Positions 28,888 through 39,900 are shown, counted from the stretch's first letter. The stretch: 64,000 bases of DNA from an uncultured Spirochaetota bacterium (GCA_963820525.1 CAWGAA010000002.1:320001-384000), one strand, 5' to 3'. Notes: a model not told the origin generated them from the letters alone. Numbers and translations: made by a program.

Positions 28888-29970
28888 TCAATCGTAGAGC
28901 AGCCGCGCGATGTCGGGCTGATCCATGTTGGTGGAGTCGTAGAACTTGGCACCGGTGTCCACGTCCGCCACAGGCTGCTTCTTGATGGCCTTGACGGCAA
29001 GTTCGACCGCCTGGAAACCGATATTGTATGGATCCTGCGTGATCGCGCCGAAGAAGTACTTGTTCCGGACGGCCGCCTTCTGGGCCTTGCCGGCATCGAA
29101 TCCGATGACCACCATGCCGGGATACTGGGTGGGCAGTGCGCTGCCGTCGTTGGTGGCGGAAAGAACCGCTCTTGCCGTCCCCTCGTTCGAGCAGAAAATG
29201 CCGAGGGTGTTGTTCGACTTGACGCGGTTCAGGATCGCGGCGGCCGTGTTCGTGGCGTCGGTGTCTTTTGGCGACGCCGGGACCTGAACGTCGATGATGA
29301 TGGTTTTTCCACCGGTCGGGCTGTCAGGGGCGATGTAGGCCGGGTTGCCCTGAACCCTGATGTCGGCCTTGGTGTGGCTCGTCTCGGTGGTGATGAGCTT
29401 GATCATCTCGTCACGGAACCCTTTTCCGCGATCCGTCACTGATTGGCTGGTTGCGTCCTGATTGAAGTCGACGATCGTGACCGGGTGCGCGTTGGTGGCG
29501 GCGGCAATCTTGTCCTTGATCGCGGCGAACATGTGGTCCGCTGCAATTCCCGCCGCGGCATAGCTGTTGGTGGCCGCGGTCGCATAGATTGCGCCTTTTG
29601 GCGCATTTGGAACTCCGGAGTCGAACCCTATAATGGGTATTTTTCTCTGAATGGCCTGGTTGAGCTGATCCATGACGGAGTTCGTGTCGAGCGCTGCAAG
29701 GGCGATGGCAGCGGGATTCTTCGCCATGTCGTTGACCAGCATCTGCACCTGGGGCTGGATGTCGGCTTCCGTGGGGGGCCCTTCAAAGGTGATGTCGACG
29801 CCGTACTGCTTTGCCGCAGCTTCTGCGCCCGCCTTGACCGTCTGCCAGAACTGGTGCTGGAAGCCCTTCGAGATGACGGGAATGTAGGTCTTCGCCGGTT
29901 TGCATCCCACCAGGGCGACGAGGATCACTGCCGCTACCAGCAGTACCCCGTTTCGTCTGAAAAATCTCAT
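28888..29970 (-). CDS. Monosaccharide ABC substrate-binding lipoprotein (RbsB-like)
   Basis: SKGFQHQFW, IGFDSG, IGFDAG and ITQDP; lipobox-like LVGC; ATG 29970 with GGAGG SD. Confidence 0.9.
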   Translation of the reverse strand: MRFFRRNGVLLVAAVILVALVGCKPAKTYIPVISKGFQHQFWQTVKAGAEAAAKQYGVDITFEGPPTEADIQPQVQMLVNDMAKNPAAIALAALDTNSVMDQLNQAIQRKIPIIGFDSGVPNAPKGAIYATAATNSYAAAGIAADHMFAAIKDKIAAATNAHPVTIVDFNQDATSQSVTDRGKGFRDEMIKLITTETSHTKADIRVQGNPAYIAPDSPTGGKTIIIDVQVPASPKDTDATNTAAAILNRVKSNNTLGIFCSNEGTARAVLSATNDGSALPTQYPGMVVIGFDAGKAQKAAVRNKYFFGAITQDPYNIGFQAVELAVKAIKKQPVADVDTGAKFYDSTNMDQPDIARLLYD

Positions 29971-30061
29971 AGGCACCTCCTCTAGTTTTTTTGCCCGGAA
30001 CATTCGCTCCGGGCAGATTGCCACGACCAGGAGCCCAGCAGTTGTAGCACCACACGCCGCG

Positions 30062-31357
30062 CTACGGCTGCCGCTCCATTTCTTTTCGTTGTGAAAGCTC
30101 CTTGTGCTTGAATATCTCCGCAAACTCGTGATCGGCCGCCCTCTCTTCAGCTCGGATTCGGGCCTGCTCCGCCTTCTCTTCCGCTTTCATCTTCTTGAAG
30201 GTAGTTTTCAGCTCGCTTCGAGCTGCGCTGATCTGCCCCCTGATCGCCGCGGCCTGCTGGCCATTGCTGGCCGCCCTGCTCGAGGCCAATTCCCGCCTCA
30301 TGGCTGCGATCTTTTCCATCACCGATGCCTTGTAAAGGTCTGCAGGTGTTTCAATCCGTACTTCCGCCGCCTTTCTGGTGCGGTACATGTCCAGAAGCAC
30401 CGCCCCAATGACGATGACGCCGGTAAAGAATGTCTGCCAATGGGCCTCGAGGTTCAGGGACGGCAGGCCGGTGGCCAGCACCGACATGATGAACACGCCG
30501 ATGATGGTTCCCCAGATCGTGCCGACGCCTCCCGAAAGCGACGTACCGCCGATGACTGCTGCAGCGATCGCGCCCAGCTCGAACCCCTGCCCCTGGGCGG
30601 GGAGTACGGTGGTGTAGATCGCAGCGTAGGAGATTCCCCCGATGCCCGCGGTGGCTCCTGCGATGACGTAGACCAGCATCTGCCACTTCTTCACATCGAC
30701 GCCCGAGAGACGGGCGGCCTCCAAGTTGCTGCCTATAGCATAGGTGTATCGGCCCAGCTTCGTGTTGGACAGCATGAGGTGGCAGATCACGGCCACGGCG
30801 GCGAGCAGGAATGCACCGGTGGGTATCGCTACGCCGTTGGCGCCGAGGTAGAGGAAGATGCTTTTGAACCATCCCCCCGGCGTGCCGCGGATGGGGAAGG
30901 TGGCGCTCTGCACGTTGGAAACAATGGAGCCGACGCCCATGGAGATCATCATTGTGCCCAGCGTCACGATGAACGGCGGCATCTTCAGCCTGGAGACCAG
31001 GAGGCCGTTGAAGTACCCAAAGGCGAGGCCCACGACGATGATCAGGAGAAGGCTGGGAACCATCGGAAATCCATTCTTGAGCGCGGTGCCGCCGATGATG
31101 GCCGCTGCCATCATGACCGTCCCGACGGAAAGGTCGATTCCGCCGCTGATGATGACAAAGGTGACGCCCATCGAGATGAACCCGATGTAGAAGGCGGCGT
31201 CGATGATGTTCACCAGGGTTGGGTAGGAGAAGTAGTTGCGCCCGAATATCCCGAAAAAAACGTAGAGAATGACCAGGGCCCCAGGGGCAAGAAGCCACTT
31301 GAGCCCTCGCTCCCTGAACCGCTGCATTCGATTGATCTCAAGTGTCCTATCCCCCAT
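30062..31357 (-). CDS. Monosaccharide ABC permease (RbsC-like) with a long charged C-terminal tail
   Basis: GGIDLSVG, PPFIVTLG, AIGSNLEAARLSG and IGGTSLSGG. Confidence 0.9.
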   Translation of the reverse strand: MGDRTLEINRMQRFRERGLKWLLAPGALVILYVFFGIFGRNYFSYPTLVNIIDAAFYIGFISMGVTFVIISGGIDLSVGTVMMAAAIIGGTALKNGFPMVPSLLLIIVVGLAFGYFNGLLVSRLKMPPFIVTLGTMMISMGVGSIVSNVQSATFPIRGTPGGWFKSIFLYLGANGVAIPTGAFLLAAVAVICHLMLSNTKLGRYTYAIGSNLEAARLSGVDVKKWQMLVYVIAGATAGIGGISYAAIYTTVLPAQGQGFELGAIAAAVIGGTSLSGGVGTIWGTIIGVFIMSVLATGLPSLNLEAHWQTFFTGVIVIGAVLLDMYRTRKAAEVRIETPADLYKASVMEKIAAMRRELASSRAASNGQQAAAIRGQISAARSELKTTFKKMKAEEKAEQARIRAEERAADHEFAEIFKHKELSQRKEMERQP

Positions 31358-31360
31358 ACT

Positions 31361-32881
31361 TCAGCTCCTACTCAGCACTTCCTGGCGCCCCATGGTTGCG
31401 TACTCCATGATGGCTTCCTGGCTGGCCTCTTCGATGTTGAGCTCCCCCGTGATCCTTCCCTCGGACATCACGAGGATACGATCGCTCATGCGAAGGATCT
31501 CGGGAAGTTCCGATGAAATCATGATGATGGACTTCCCCTCTCGAGTCAGCGCGTTCATCAGCGTATAGATTTCGCTTTTTGCGCCCACGTCGATTCCGCG
31601 GGTTGGCTCATCAAAAATCAGGATATCGCAGTTGCGGATCAGCCACTTCGCGATCACGACCTTCTGCTGGTTGCCTCCGGAAAGGTTTCGCAGCAGCTGT
31701 TCCAGCGAGGGCGTCTTGATGTTCAGCCTGCGAACGTATTCTGACGTAACGTTTTCCACCTTTTTTGCGTGAATGAAGAGGCCGCGCTGGAAGCGGTCGT
31801 AGGTGGCCATTGCCAGATTGTCTTTCACGCTGAGATCGACCGCCAGCCCGAAGCGCTTGCGGTCTTCCGACAGGTACCCGATGCCATGCGCGACGGAATC
31901 TTGCGGTAAATGAATAAAAACACGACGTCCGCGGATCTCTATCGTACCGCTTTGAACCTCATCCGCGCCAAATATCGCCCGCGCCGTCTCCGTTCTGCCG
32001 GATCCCATGAGTCCGGAAATCCCGAGGATTTCTCCCTCGCGGAGATCGAAGCTGACGTCCCTCACCAGCTTCCCGGCGTTCAGCCTATGTACTCGAAGGA
32101 CGACCGGCGCATCGGGGGCAACGCTGCTTTTCGTCTTCGACTGCTCGTAGATGACGCGGCCGACCATCATGTTGATGATCTGTTGCTTCGTTACCCCTGA
32201 GGACGGTTTCGTATCGACACACTCACCGTCACGCAGCACGGTAACTCGATCCGCGATGCGATGGATTTCGTCAAGACGATGAGAGATGTGAATCATTCCA
32301 ACGCCTCTACCCGCCAGATCGCGCATGATGGCGAAAAGGTCGGCGATTTCGGCGTCCGACAACGCGGCCGTCGGCTCGTCCAAGATCAGGATTCGCAGGC
32401 TGTGCGACACGGCCTTGGCGATTTCCACCATCTGCCGCTTGCCGAAGGTCAGCCGACTCAGGGGCTCGCTGGGATCGATGTTCATCTTGAGCCGCTTGAA
32501 CAGCTCCCCTGCGCGGCGATTCTGCTCGTGCTCATCGAGAAGTATGCCGTTGAACCGAGTTGATTCTCTGCCAATGAAGATGTTCTGCGCCACCGTAAGG
32601 TGATCCATCATGCTCAATTCCTGATGGATGATCCCGATACCCATCTCGAGTGCATGCTTGGGGTTCCGCGGGTTGAACGGATGGCCGAGATAGTGGATTT
32701 CACCGGAGTCTTTTGGATTGATACCTACGAGAACCTTCATGAGCGTCGACTTGCCGGCGCCGTTCTCCCCGACTAGAGAGTGAATCTCCCCCTCTTCGAG
32801 GTCGAAATCCACCTGTTTCAGGGCATGCACGCCTGTGAAGCGTTTATCGATTCTCTGCATTGAGAGGATTTGGCGGCTCAC
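31361..32881 (-). CDS. Monosaccharide ABC ATP-binding protein (RbsA-like)
   Basis: [20 protein letters not shown] and [12 protein letters not shown]. Confidence 0.93.
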   Translation of the reverse strand: MSRQILSMQRIDKRFTGVHALKQVDFDLEEGEIHSLVGENGAGKSTLMKVLVGINPKDSGEIHYLGHPFNPRNPKHALEMGIGIIHQELSMMDHLTVAQNIFIGRESTRFNGILLDEHEQNRRAGELFKRLKMNIDPSEPLSRLTFGKRQMVEIAKAVSHSLRILILDEPTAALSDAEIADLFAIMRDLAGRGVGMIHISHRLDEIHRIADRVTVLRDGECVDTKPSSGVTKQQIINMMVGRVIYEQSKTKSSVAPDAPVVLRVHRLNAGKLVRDVSFDLREGEILGISGLMGSGRTETARAIFGADEVQSGTIEIRGRRVFIHLPQDSVAHGIGYLSEDRKRFGLAVDLSVKDNLAMATYDRFQRGLFIHAKKVENVTSEYVRRLNIKTPSLEQLLRNLSGGNQQKVVIAKWLIRNCDILIFDEPTRGIDVGAKSEIYTLMNALTREGKSIIMISSELPEILRMSDRILVMSEGRITGELNIEEASQEAIMEYATMGRQEVLSRS

Positions 32882-33087
32882 GACAAAAACCTCACGCCAC
32901 GCCTCGGCTCCCTGCCGATGAAGATGTTCTGCGCCGCCGAGAGGTGGGGCATCAGGTTGAGCTCTTGATGGATGATGCTTATGCCGAGAACGCCGCCGGG
33001 CTTACGATCATGGCTGCACGTGATAAGCGCATGAACGCCCGGGAAGTACTTGTCTGTGTCCTGCATTACGACGATCGGCTCAGCCAT
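32878..33087 (-). pseudogene. Internally deleted remnant of a second RbsA-like ATPase
   Basis: [10 protein letters not shown] is joined almost directly to [26 protein letters not shown]; Walker A segment and the whole C-terminus are missing; 69 aa. Confidence 0.8.
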
Positions 33088-33111
33088 TCGAACCCGCCAA
33101 TGCAGTCAGGA

Positions 33112-33125
33112 TGAAATCGTTTACA
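33112..33125. promoter_or_regulatory. LacI-family operator O1
   Basis: TGAAATCGTTTACA, just downstream of the operon promoter. Confidence 0.75.
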
Positions 33126-33140
33126 TTCTTCGAACATACT

Positions 33141-33169
33141 AACTTAATATGGTCGGTATGGATTGTCAA
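33141..33169 (-). promoter_or_regulatory. sigma70 promoter of the sugar ABC operon
   Basis: TTGACA-17 nt-TAAGTT on the minus strand, overlapping the LacI stop codon. Confidence 0.7.
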
Positions 33170-34218
33170 GCTTTTGCCGCCTTTAATGCCTTCAATTCAT
33201 CGCCCCCGGGCACAGCCTCGCTTGAGTGCCGTATGAGCTTGGTCGCAAAGCACAGGATCTCCGGGCTGCCGCGCCTGGTCCCGGTGAGCCGCTCGAAGAT
33301 CATGCGCGCCGCCGCGGCCCCCATCTCCGCGATGGGTTGGGAAACCGAGTAGCGGCAGAACTGAAGAAGCGGCGAGTAGGGCATCTCGTCGAAGGCGGCG
33401 AACACGATGCCTCCGGAGGCCTCCCGCCCGCGCGATAGGAGGTAGTCTGTCGCGCCGATATGAGTGTAGAGATTGACCGCGAAGAAGGCGTCGGGCCGGT
33501 TCGGCAGCGCCGACATCTCCTCCATGGCGTGGTAGCCCCATTCCATATGCGGCGGCCCGAAGCGTACGAAATCCGGTTCCAGGGCAAGCCCCGCCTCCTG
33601 CATTGCCTTCTTGTAGCCCTCGTAGCGCTCGCGTCCCGTCGATATATGAAGATCTCCTCCGATGAAGCCCACGCGCCGATAGCCATCCGCGATGAGGGCT
33701 GCGGTCGCCTCGTAAGCTCCTCCGCGGTTGTCGACCAGTACGGCGTCGGCCCTGCAATCGGAGACGACGCGGTCGATGAACACCAGGGGCGTGCCTCGCC
33801 TCTGGGCCGCGCGGATATGTCGCCCCTGGTCGGTGGCGGGGATCATCACGATGGCATCGGCAAGCCTTTCGGTGAGCAGCTTTATCCTCCGCTTCTCCTC
33901 CTCCACGTTCTCATAGGAGGAGCAGACCAGGAGGCTGTAGCCGTGCACGGCGAGCTTGCGTTCCATGCTTTCCACCAGGAGCATAAAGAAATCGCTTGAC
34001 AGCTCCGGCGCGATGACACCGACCATGCGGCTGGCCCTGGTCTTAAGGCTCCGCGCCACTTGGTTGATGTTGTAGGAAAGTCTTTCAATGGCCGAGCGGA
34101 CCTTCCTTTTGGTCCCCTCGGAGACCCGGGGATGATCGTTGAGCACGCGGGAGACGGTGGCGGTGGAAACCCCCGCCTCCCTGGCGACGTCCCGGATGGT
34201 CACAACGGCCTGCTTCAT
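33166..34218 (-). CDS. LacI-family transcriptional regulator
   Basis: TIRDVAREAGVSTATVSRVLN HTH, ARSL hinge, sugar-binding domain; start ATG 34218. Confidence 0.95.
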   Translation of the reverse strand: MKQAVVTIRDVAREAGVSTATVSRVLNDHPRVSEGTKRKVRSAIERLSYNINQVARSLKTRASRMVGVIAPELSSDFFMLLVESMERKLAVHGYSLLVCSSYENVEEEKRRIKLLTERLADAIVMIPATDQGRHIRAAQRRGTPLVFIDRVVSDCRADAVLVDNRGGAYEATAALIADGYRRVGFIGGDLHISTGRERYEGYKKAMQEAGLALEPDFVRFGPPHMEWGYHAMEEMSALPNRPDAFFAVNLYTHIGATDYLLSRGREASGGIVFAAFDEMPYSPLLQFCRYSVSQPIAEMGAAAARMIFERLTGTRRGSPEILCFATKLIRHSSEAVPGGDELKALKAAKA

Positions 34219-34240
34219 CCGATCCCTTAACCCGGCCCTC

Positions 34241-34269
34241 ATGATACGCGGATTGGCCGGAGAAGTCAA
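34241..34269 (-). promoter_or_regulatory. sigma70 promoter of the LacI gene
   Basis: TTGACT-17 nt-TATCAT on the minus strand. Confidence 0.75.
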
Positions 34270-34271
34270 GG

Positions 34272-34340
34272 TGTAATCGATTACATGGATCTTCACAGGG
34301 TTTTTAAGTGCTATTGCCCTTTCGAATGAAATCGTTACCA
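34272..34340. promoter_or_regulatory. Two further LacI-family operators (O2, O3)
   Basis: Perfect palindrome TGTAATCGATTACA (34272-34285) and TGAAATCGTTACCA (34327-34340), both matching O1. Confidence 0.75.
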
Positions 34341-34374
34341 CTGCTACATGAAGATGGGTCTGGGCCGGGGCAGT

Positions 34375-34896
34375 CTATAAAAGCCTTGAGAGAATATCGG
34401 CGGGAACGCTTTCACGGAGCCGGGGATAGGCTTCAATAATGCGGGCTATATCCGCCAGGTCTTTCTGCCGTTTGCTGCCCCGTCTTTCGGGATCCGAAGC
34501 CGCCCAGACTTTGCCCCGTAATACGTCCTCTATATCAGCGACGCTCATAACGCGTCCAAGCACTTCCTGTTTTCGCGCGTTCCCGATGAAGCCGGCGTAT
34601 TTGCGGTCCGTTTGTATCTGCACTCGGAGCTCCGATCCCGGAAGAGAGATGTTCAGGCTATGGGGGAAGGAAACGACCTTGAACAAGCTTCCCAATGATC
34701 GGGACAAATCTTCCATATTCTCGACCGCCACTACCACGTCGAGATCCAGGCTCACCAGGGGCTCGACGTATGCATTTACCGCCTGACCTCCGATGACGCA
34801 ATAGGGAATCTTTTTCTCTTCGAGGAAGCTGAGAAAGATGTCAAGAAAATCGCTCGTGTCCATTGTCACGATTCGCCTAAAGGTGGAAGCGAGCAT
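34375..34896 (-). CDS. Solo Pol-beta-superfamily nucleotidyltransferase (AbiEii/DUF6036-like)
   Basis: YCVIGGQAVNAY, SLDLDVV and K..A....R...K..KDLADI motifs; start uncertain (ATG 34896 or 34863); promoter TTGATC-17-TATGAT at 34952-34924. Confidence 0.75.
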   Translation of the reverse strand: MLASTFRRIVTMDTSDFLDIFLSFLEEKKIPYCVIGGQAVNAYVEPLVSLDLDVVVAVENMEDLSRSLGSLFKVVSFPHSLNISLPGSELRVQIQTDRKYAGFIGNARKQEVLGRVMSVADIEDVLRGKVWAASDPERRGSKRQKDLADIARIIEAYPRLRESVPADILSRLL

Positions 34897-35103
34897 GCCG
34901 GTTTCATTTGACCTCCGTGCAGTATCATAAGACGAGGCAGAGGAAGGATCAAGCGTGATATAGCTGCTCTGCGGCTGCCGCCGTTTTGAGAAGCGTCGGT
35001 GCAATGGAATAGGGGCGTCCGACCGCGTCGCGGTGCCTGGCCGCGCGTGCAGGTGCTCCCAATAGGTTTGACCACGGTGAGATCTCCGTATAGCCTACGC
35101 AAC

Positions 35104-36855
35104 ATGAACGCCGCCAGTAGCTTCCCTCCTCTTCGGATCATTGAAACTCTCAACGCATGCGCCTCCACGTCACGGATTCTCGCTTCCTTCGACGAGACGC
35201 TCTTGAAGTGGGCGGACAACGAAGAAAGCATGTATGAGCCGTTCCTCTGGCAGCTCGAGGAGCATGCGGATCTAGTGGGCTCGCTCACCGAAGAATGGGT
35301 TCACGCCACGGCCAATCAGTACGTAGCCGGAAAGTTATGCTCGGGCGGGCCCCTTCTTCTGCGCTGCATCCAGAGTCTTGGAAGCTCCCTCAAACCTGAT
35401 GCCTCCCGCCTGCTCGCTTCGTTCCTTGATACACCATGGAGGTACGCGCTTTTGAGCGTGAAGGGCGTGATCGCGGATACGCTTTTCTCCGTGCACGATT
35501 ATTTTTCAGGAGAAGAGCTTCTCCTCCAATCCGACAGTCTGGCGCACCTGAATAAGAGGGGAGTGCCGCTCGTTCTCACCCTGCTTTTCAACAACGGCCA
35601 TTGTTTTCAGACCTATGGGCCGCTGCACGCGCATATCGGTTTCGAGCCGTTCGATTTTCTCTTTTTCGCCCGGATGCTCGACTCCCGTCTGGCCGAGAGG
35701 AAAGGGCTTGGCGCTTGCATGGCACAGAACCCCATCCCTTTCTTTTTGCTTGATTGCGCTTCCCAGGTTCCTCCAATGGCCCACAATGGGAAGAGGGTTG
35801 TCTATTGCTTTCACTCGCTCAAGGCTCCCGGCTTCGATCTCGGAACTCTGCGCTCGCGCGGTCATTTCACCACAGAGAGCCGGGAATCAATGACGCGCCT
35901 CTGCCTGGACGGAAAGGACTCCCCATTCGATCTCGCACACGTCTATTACGACGGGAAGAACAGAGTTCTCGCCGTTCATACTTCGGGGATGGAAAACTAT
36001 GGCAGGCTCCGGGACCTTATTCTATCCGATATCGAGCTCCCCGAGCAGCCGTTCTGGATGTCCAGCGCGAATATGACCGCCACGGCCGGCCACGTTCTGA
36101 AAATGAAAGAACCCGAGGATGGCTTTTCGAGCGCGTTCGAAGAAGAGCCGACTCCGAAGGAAACGAAAGACCTTGAAACCATGAACGCCTTCATGCGGGA
36201 AGCGGCCGACCGTTCCAACTACGGTTTACCGATTTCCTACGAAGAGCTCGCTAGAAAACATGGTATCCCGCTTGAGACGGCCCGACAGGTACAAAAAATG
36301 ATGGATCGACAAGGGAAACGATTCTTCATTTCTCTCAAAGGGGGAATCCCGGGCTTCTCTCCGCCTCCTCCCGCCGTCAGAATGAAGATGAAGGGTCCGC
36401 TCGCTGAATCCGAGCTGTTTGTTTTCTCCTCCAGCGATCGCTCGCGGGAGCTGTTTCATGAGCACGATGCCGGTTTTACGGCCCTCGCCCGCACCGTGGG
36501 TAGAGAAGCTCCCGACTTTCAAGAAATGCCGGCCATCGTAGACGATCTCAGCCTGAAGCATTGGGTCGCGACCGACTCGACCATAGTCGCCTACTCGTTC
36601 ATTCTCTTCCTGGCGGCAGGAGAGGATTTCAAGCCGGCTGATGACTACGCTACCGAGATCCTGCGTCTTTTCTGGCAGGTCCTCATTCCGAACAAAGGGA
36701 AAAAGAGCATCCAGCGTTTTCTGGACAAGTACACGTCTTATTGCCAAAAGATCCTTGCCCCTGCCGGGCTTGTCGAGACCAAAGTGGGATCGGAGGGCAT
36801 GTGCCTCGCAAGGCGTACGCGGTTCTTCGAGGAGTGGGTGCAAATTGCCAAGTAG
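35104..36855 (+). CDS. Large hypothetical protein (~583 aa)
   Basis: Long ORF in lower-GC DNA; promoter TTGACC-17-TAGCCT (35068-35096) points to ATG 35104; HTH-like YEELARKHGIPLETARQ. Confidence 0.75.
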   Translation: MNAASSFPPLRIIETLNACASTSRILASFDETLLKWADNEESMYEPFLWQLEEHADLVGSLTEEWVHATANQYVAGKLCSGGPLLLRCIQSLGSSLKPDASRLLASFLDTPWRYALLSVKGVIADTLFSVHDYFSGEELLLQSDSLAHLNKRGVPLVLTLLFNNGHCFQTYGPLHAHIGFEPFDFLFFARMLDSRLAERKGLGACMAQNPIPFFLLDCASQVPPMAHNGKRVVYCFHSLKAPGFDLGTLRSRGHFTTESRESMTRLCLDGKDSPFDLAHVYYDGKNRVLAVHTSGMENYGRLRDLILSDIELPEQPFWMSSANMTATAGHVLKMKEPEDGFSSAFEEEPTPKETKDLETMNAFMREAADRSNYGLPISYEELARKHGIPLETARQVQKMMDRQGKRFFISLKGGIPGFSPPPPAVRMKMKGPLAESELFVFSSSDRSRELFHEHDAGFTALARTVGREAPDFQEMPAIVDDLSLKHWVATDSTIVAYSFILFLAAGEDFKPADDYATEILRLFWQVLIPNKGKKSIQRFLDKYTSYCQKILAPAGLVETKVGSEGMCLARRTRFFEEWVQIAK

Positions 36856-36953
36856 CCCCGCGGCGCATTATTCGGTTTTTCCGTCCCCTGGTGACATGAC
36901 GTGAGATACTATATGCTTAAAGGAACCTTTCATCACCGTCGGAGAGGACTTTC

Positions 36954-39900
36954 ATGGATCGGATTCAAAAAGGCAGCATCATCAGGGGCCCCGCAACCCC
37001 CGAGCCAGTTGAGGTCAAGCTTGTCGAAAAGGTGGGCGGCTATCTTCACATAGTCGGTGTGGGTACTCTTTCGGGGAACCATTCCGATTTCCTCATCGCG
37101 GCGGAAGATATGGACTCATACTCTTCTGATAACGCAGAGAAAGCTTTCTCTGAGGAAGCGTGGAAGGTGTTCCTGGGATTGGAGACGATCCGGTACCGCT
37201 TCGCATCTCTCTACGATCCACTGCTCGCGGTCAACACATCGAAGATCGATCCCCTGCCTCATCAAATCGAGGCCGTCTACGGCTACATTCTCAAGCTTCC
37301 CCGGATCCGTTTCCTGATCGCGGACGATCCCGGCGCCGGAAAGACGATCATGGCCGGGCTTGTCATCAAGGAGCTCAAGCTGCGGCGGGTGATCGACCGC
37401 GTTCTCATTGTCTGTCCCGGGCACCTGAAGGACCAGTGGAGAAGGGAATTATCCGAACGGTTCGAAGAGAAGTTCATCGTGATCGACAGGGGCATAATGG
37501 ATTCGCTCTACGGTGAGAACGCATGGAACAGGGAGAAGCAAATCATCACCTCCATCGACTTCGCCAAACGCGACGAGATATTGCCGTCTATCGCCGCGGC
37601 GCACTTCGACTTGGTCATCGTGGATGAAGCGCACAAGATGAGCGCGTACCAATACGGCGACAAGACCGAAAAGACCGGCCGCTACCGTCTGGGGGAAACG
37701 CTCTCCAGGATCTCGGATCACTATCTCTTCCTCACGGCGACCCCGCACCGTGGGGATCCGGAAAGCTTCCGGATGTTCCTGGACCTGCTGGAGCAGGGGT
37801 TCTTCGCCACGAGCGAGATGGTGCACGAATCCGTCCGCAACCGCGACAACCCTCTCTTCATACGAAGGATCAAGGAAGACCTGAAGGATTTCGAGGGCAA
37901 GCCCCTGTTCCTTCCGCGCTACGTGAAAACGATCGCATACGACCTGGGCACGAGATCGCCGGCGGAAAAGGACCTTTACAATGCCCTGTCCGAATACGTC
38001 GTGACGCAATACAACCTCGCTCTCTCGCGCGACAAGAAAAGAAACATCGCATTCGCCCTTGTCATCCTCCAGCGCAGGCTCGCCTCCAGCAGCTACGCCC
38101 TCCTGAAATCCCTGGAACGCAGGAAAGGACGCCTGGAGGAGCTTCTTAAAGGTGCGCAGGAAAGGTTGAGCTTCTCGGGGGAAATGCTCGATTTGGATTC
38201 CGCGGAAGATCTGAGCGAGGAGGAGAGGTGGCGGGAGGAGGAGATCTGGGAGTCCCTCAGCGTGGCGGAGAACAGGCAAGAGCTGGAGGATGAAATCTCC
38301 ACGCTGGAAAACCTCATTTCTCAGGCAAGGGCGATCATCCATGGGGAGAAAGAGATCAAGCTCATGGAGCTGAAAAAAACCGTCCACCGTCTGGAGACGG
38401 AAAATCCGAAGAAGGAGGAGCGAAAGATCCTGATTTTCACGGAATCGAGGGACACCCTGGATTACCTGGAAAGAAAGATGAAGGAATGGGGGTTCACGAC
38501 CAACGTCATCCACGGCGGCATGAAACTGGAGGAAAGGGTCCGGGCGGAAAGCGTGTTCAAGAACGAGACGGACATCCTGGTGGCCACCGAAGCGGCGGGG
38601 GAAGGCATCAACCTCCAGTTCTGCAACCTCATGATCAACTACGATCTTCCATGGAACCCCAACCGCCTGGAACAGAGGATGGGCCGCATCCACAGGTACG
38701 GCCAGACGCGGGAAGTGTGGGTATTCAATCTCGTGGCCGAGGATACCCGCGAGGGCAGGGTGCTGAAGAAGCTTTTCGAAAAGCTTGACGAGATCAGGAA
38801 GGCGATGGGAAGCGACAAGGTCTTCGACGTGATCAGCGACGTTCTCCCCAACGTCAACCTCTCCCAGCTCATGATGGACGCCGCGGCCAGGACCCGCAGC
38901 GTCGACGACATAATCGGGGAGATGGACGTGACCGTGGACGAGGAGTACATCCGCCGGGTCAAGGAGGAGCTGGGGGAGAGCCTCGCCACGCACTTCATCG
39001 ACTACACCCGGATAAAGGAGATGGCGAGAAAGGCCGAGGAATATCGCCTGATTCCTGAGTACACGGAAAACTACTTCCGCAAGGCTTTCCAGAGGGCTGG
39101 CGGGAGCGTCAGGGAGACGCGGGAAGGTTTTCTCGCGGTGGATTCCGTGCCGCACGCCATCCGCAAGGCGAGCGAGCGGGACGAAATCCTTAAGTCTTTC
39201 GGCGCCGTGCTCAAGCGGTACCCCAAAATGACGTTCGACAAGAAGGTGGCCTTCCACCATGCCGACGCTGAGTTTGTTTCCTTCGGTCACCCTCTTTTCG
39301 AGTCCGTCATGGCCTGGGTGGAGGCCGAGCTTATGGACTCGGTGCAGAACGGCGCGGTTTTCCTGGATCCGGACAGGCTCATGGACGGGCACAACCTTTT
39401 CTATGAGGGAGAGATCAGAGACGGCAATGGTGAGACCGCGGGCAAGAGGCTTTTCGCCTTGTATGCGAGGGACGATGACATGAAAGAAGTCCCTCCCTCC
39501 TTGCTTTGGGACCTCGCGGAAGGCACGGCGGCCGACCGCAATGAAACGCTGGACAGGGAAGGCCTGAAGTCGAGGGCTTCCGAAGCGGTGATAGCCTCTC
39601 TGGAAAAATACAGAACGGAGATCTCGAACGAACGTACGCGCCAGGCCGCGATCAAGAAGAAGTACGGCGTCAAATCTCTGGAGACCCTCATCCTGAAGCT
39701 CGACGGCGAGCTGATCCCGCTGAAAGACAGGCAGATGCGGGGTGAGAACGTGGACCTCGCGATACGGAACAAGGAGGAGAGAAAGGCGGAATACGAGCGC
39801 GCGTTGGCGGATCTCGAGCGCTTCATCGTGCGGGAGCAGAACCTCGTGATGTCAATGCCCCGGTTTCGCGGGATCGTGAGGGTGAAGCCCGGGACAAAGC

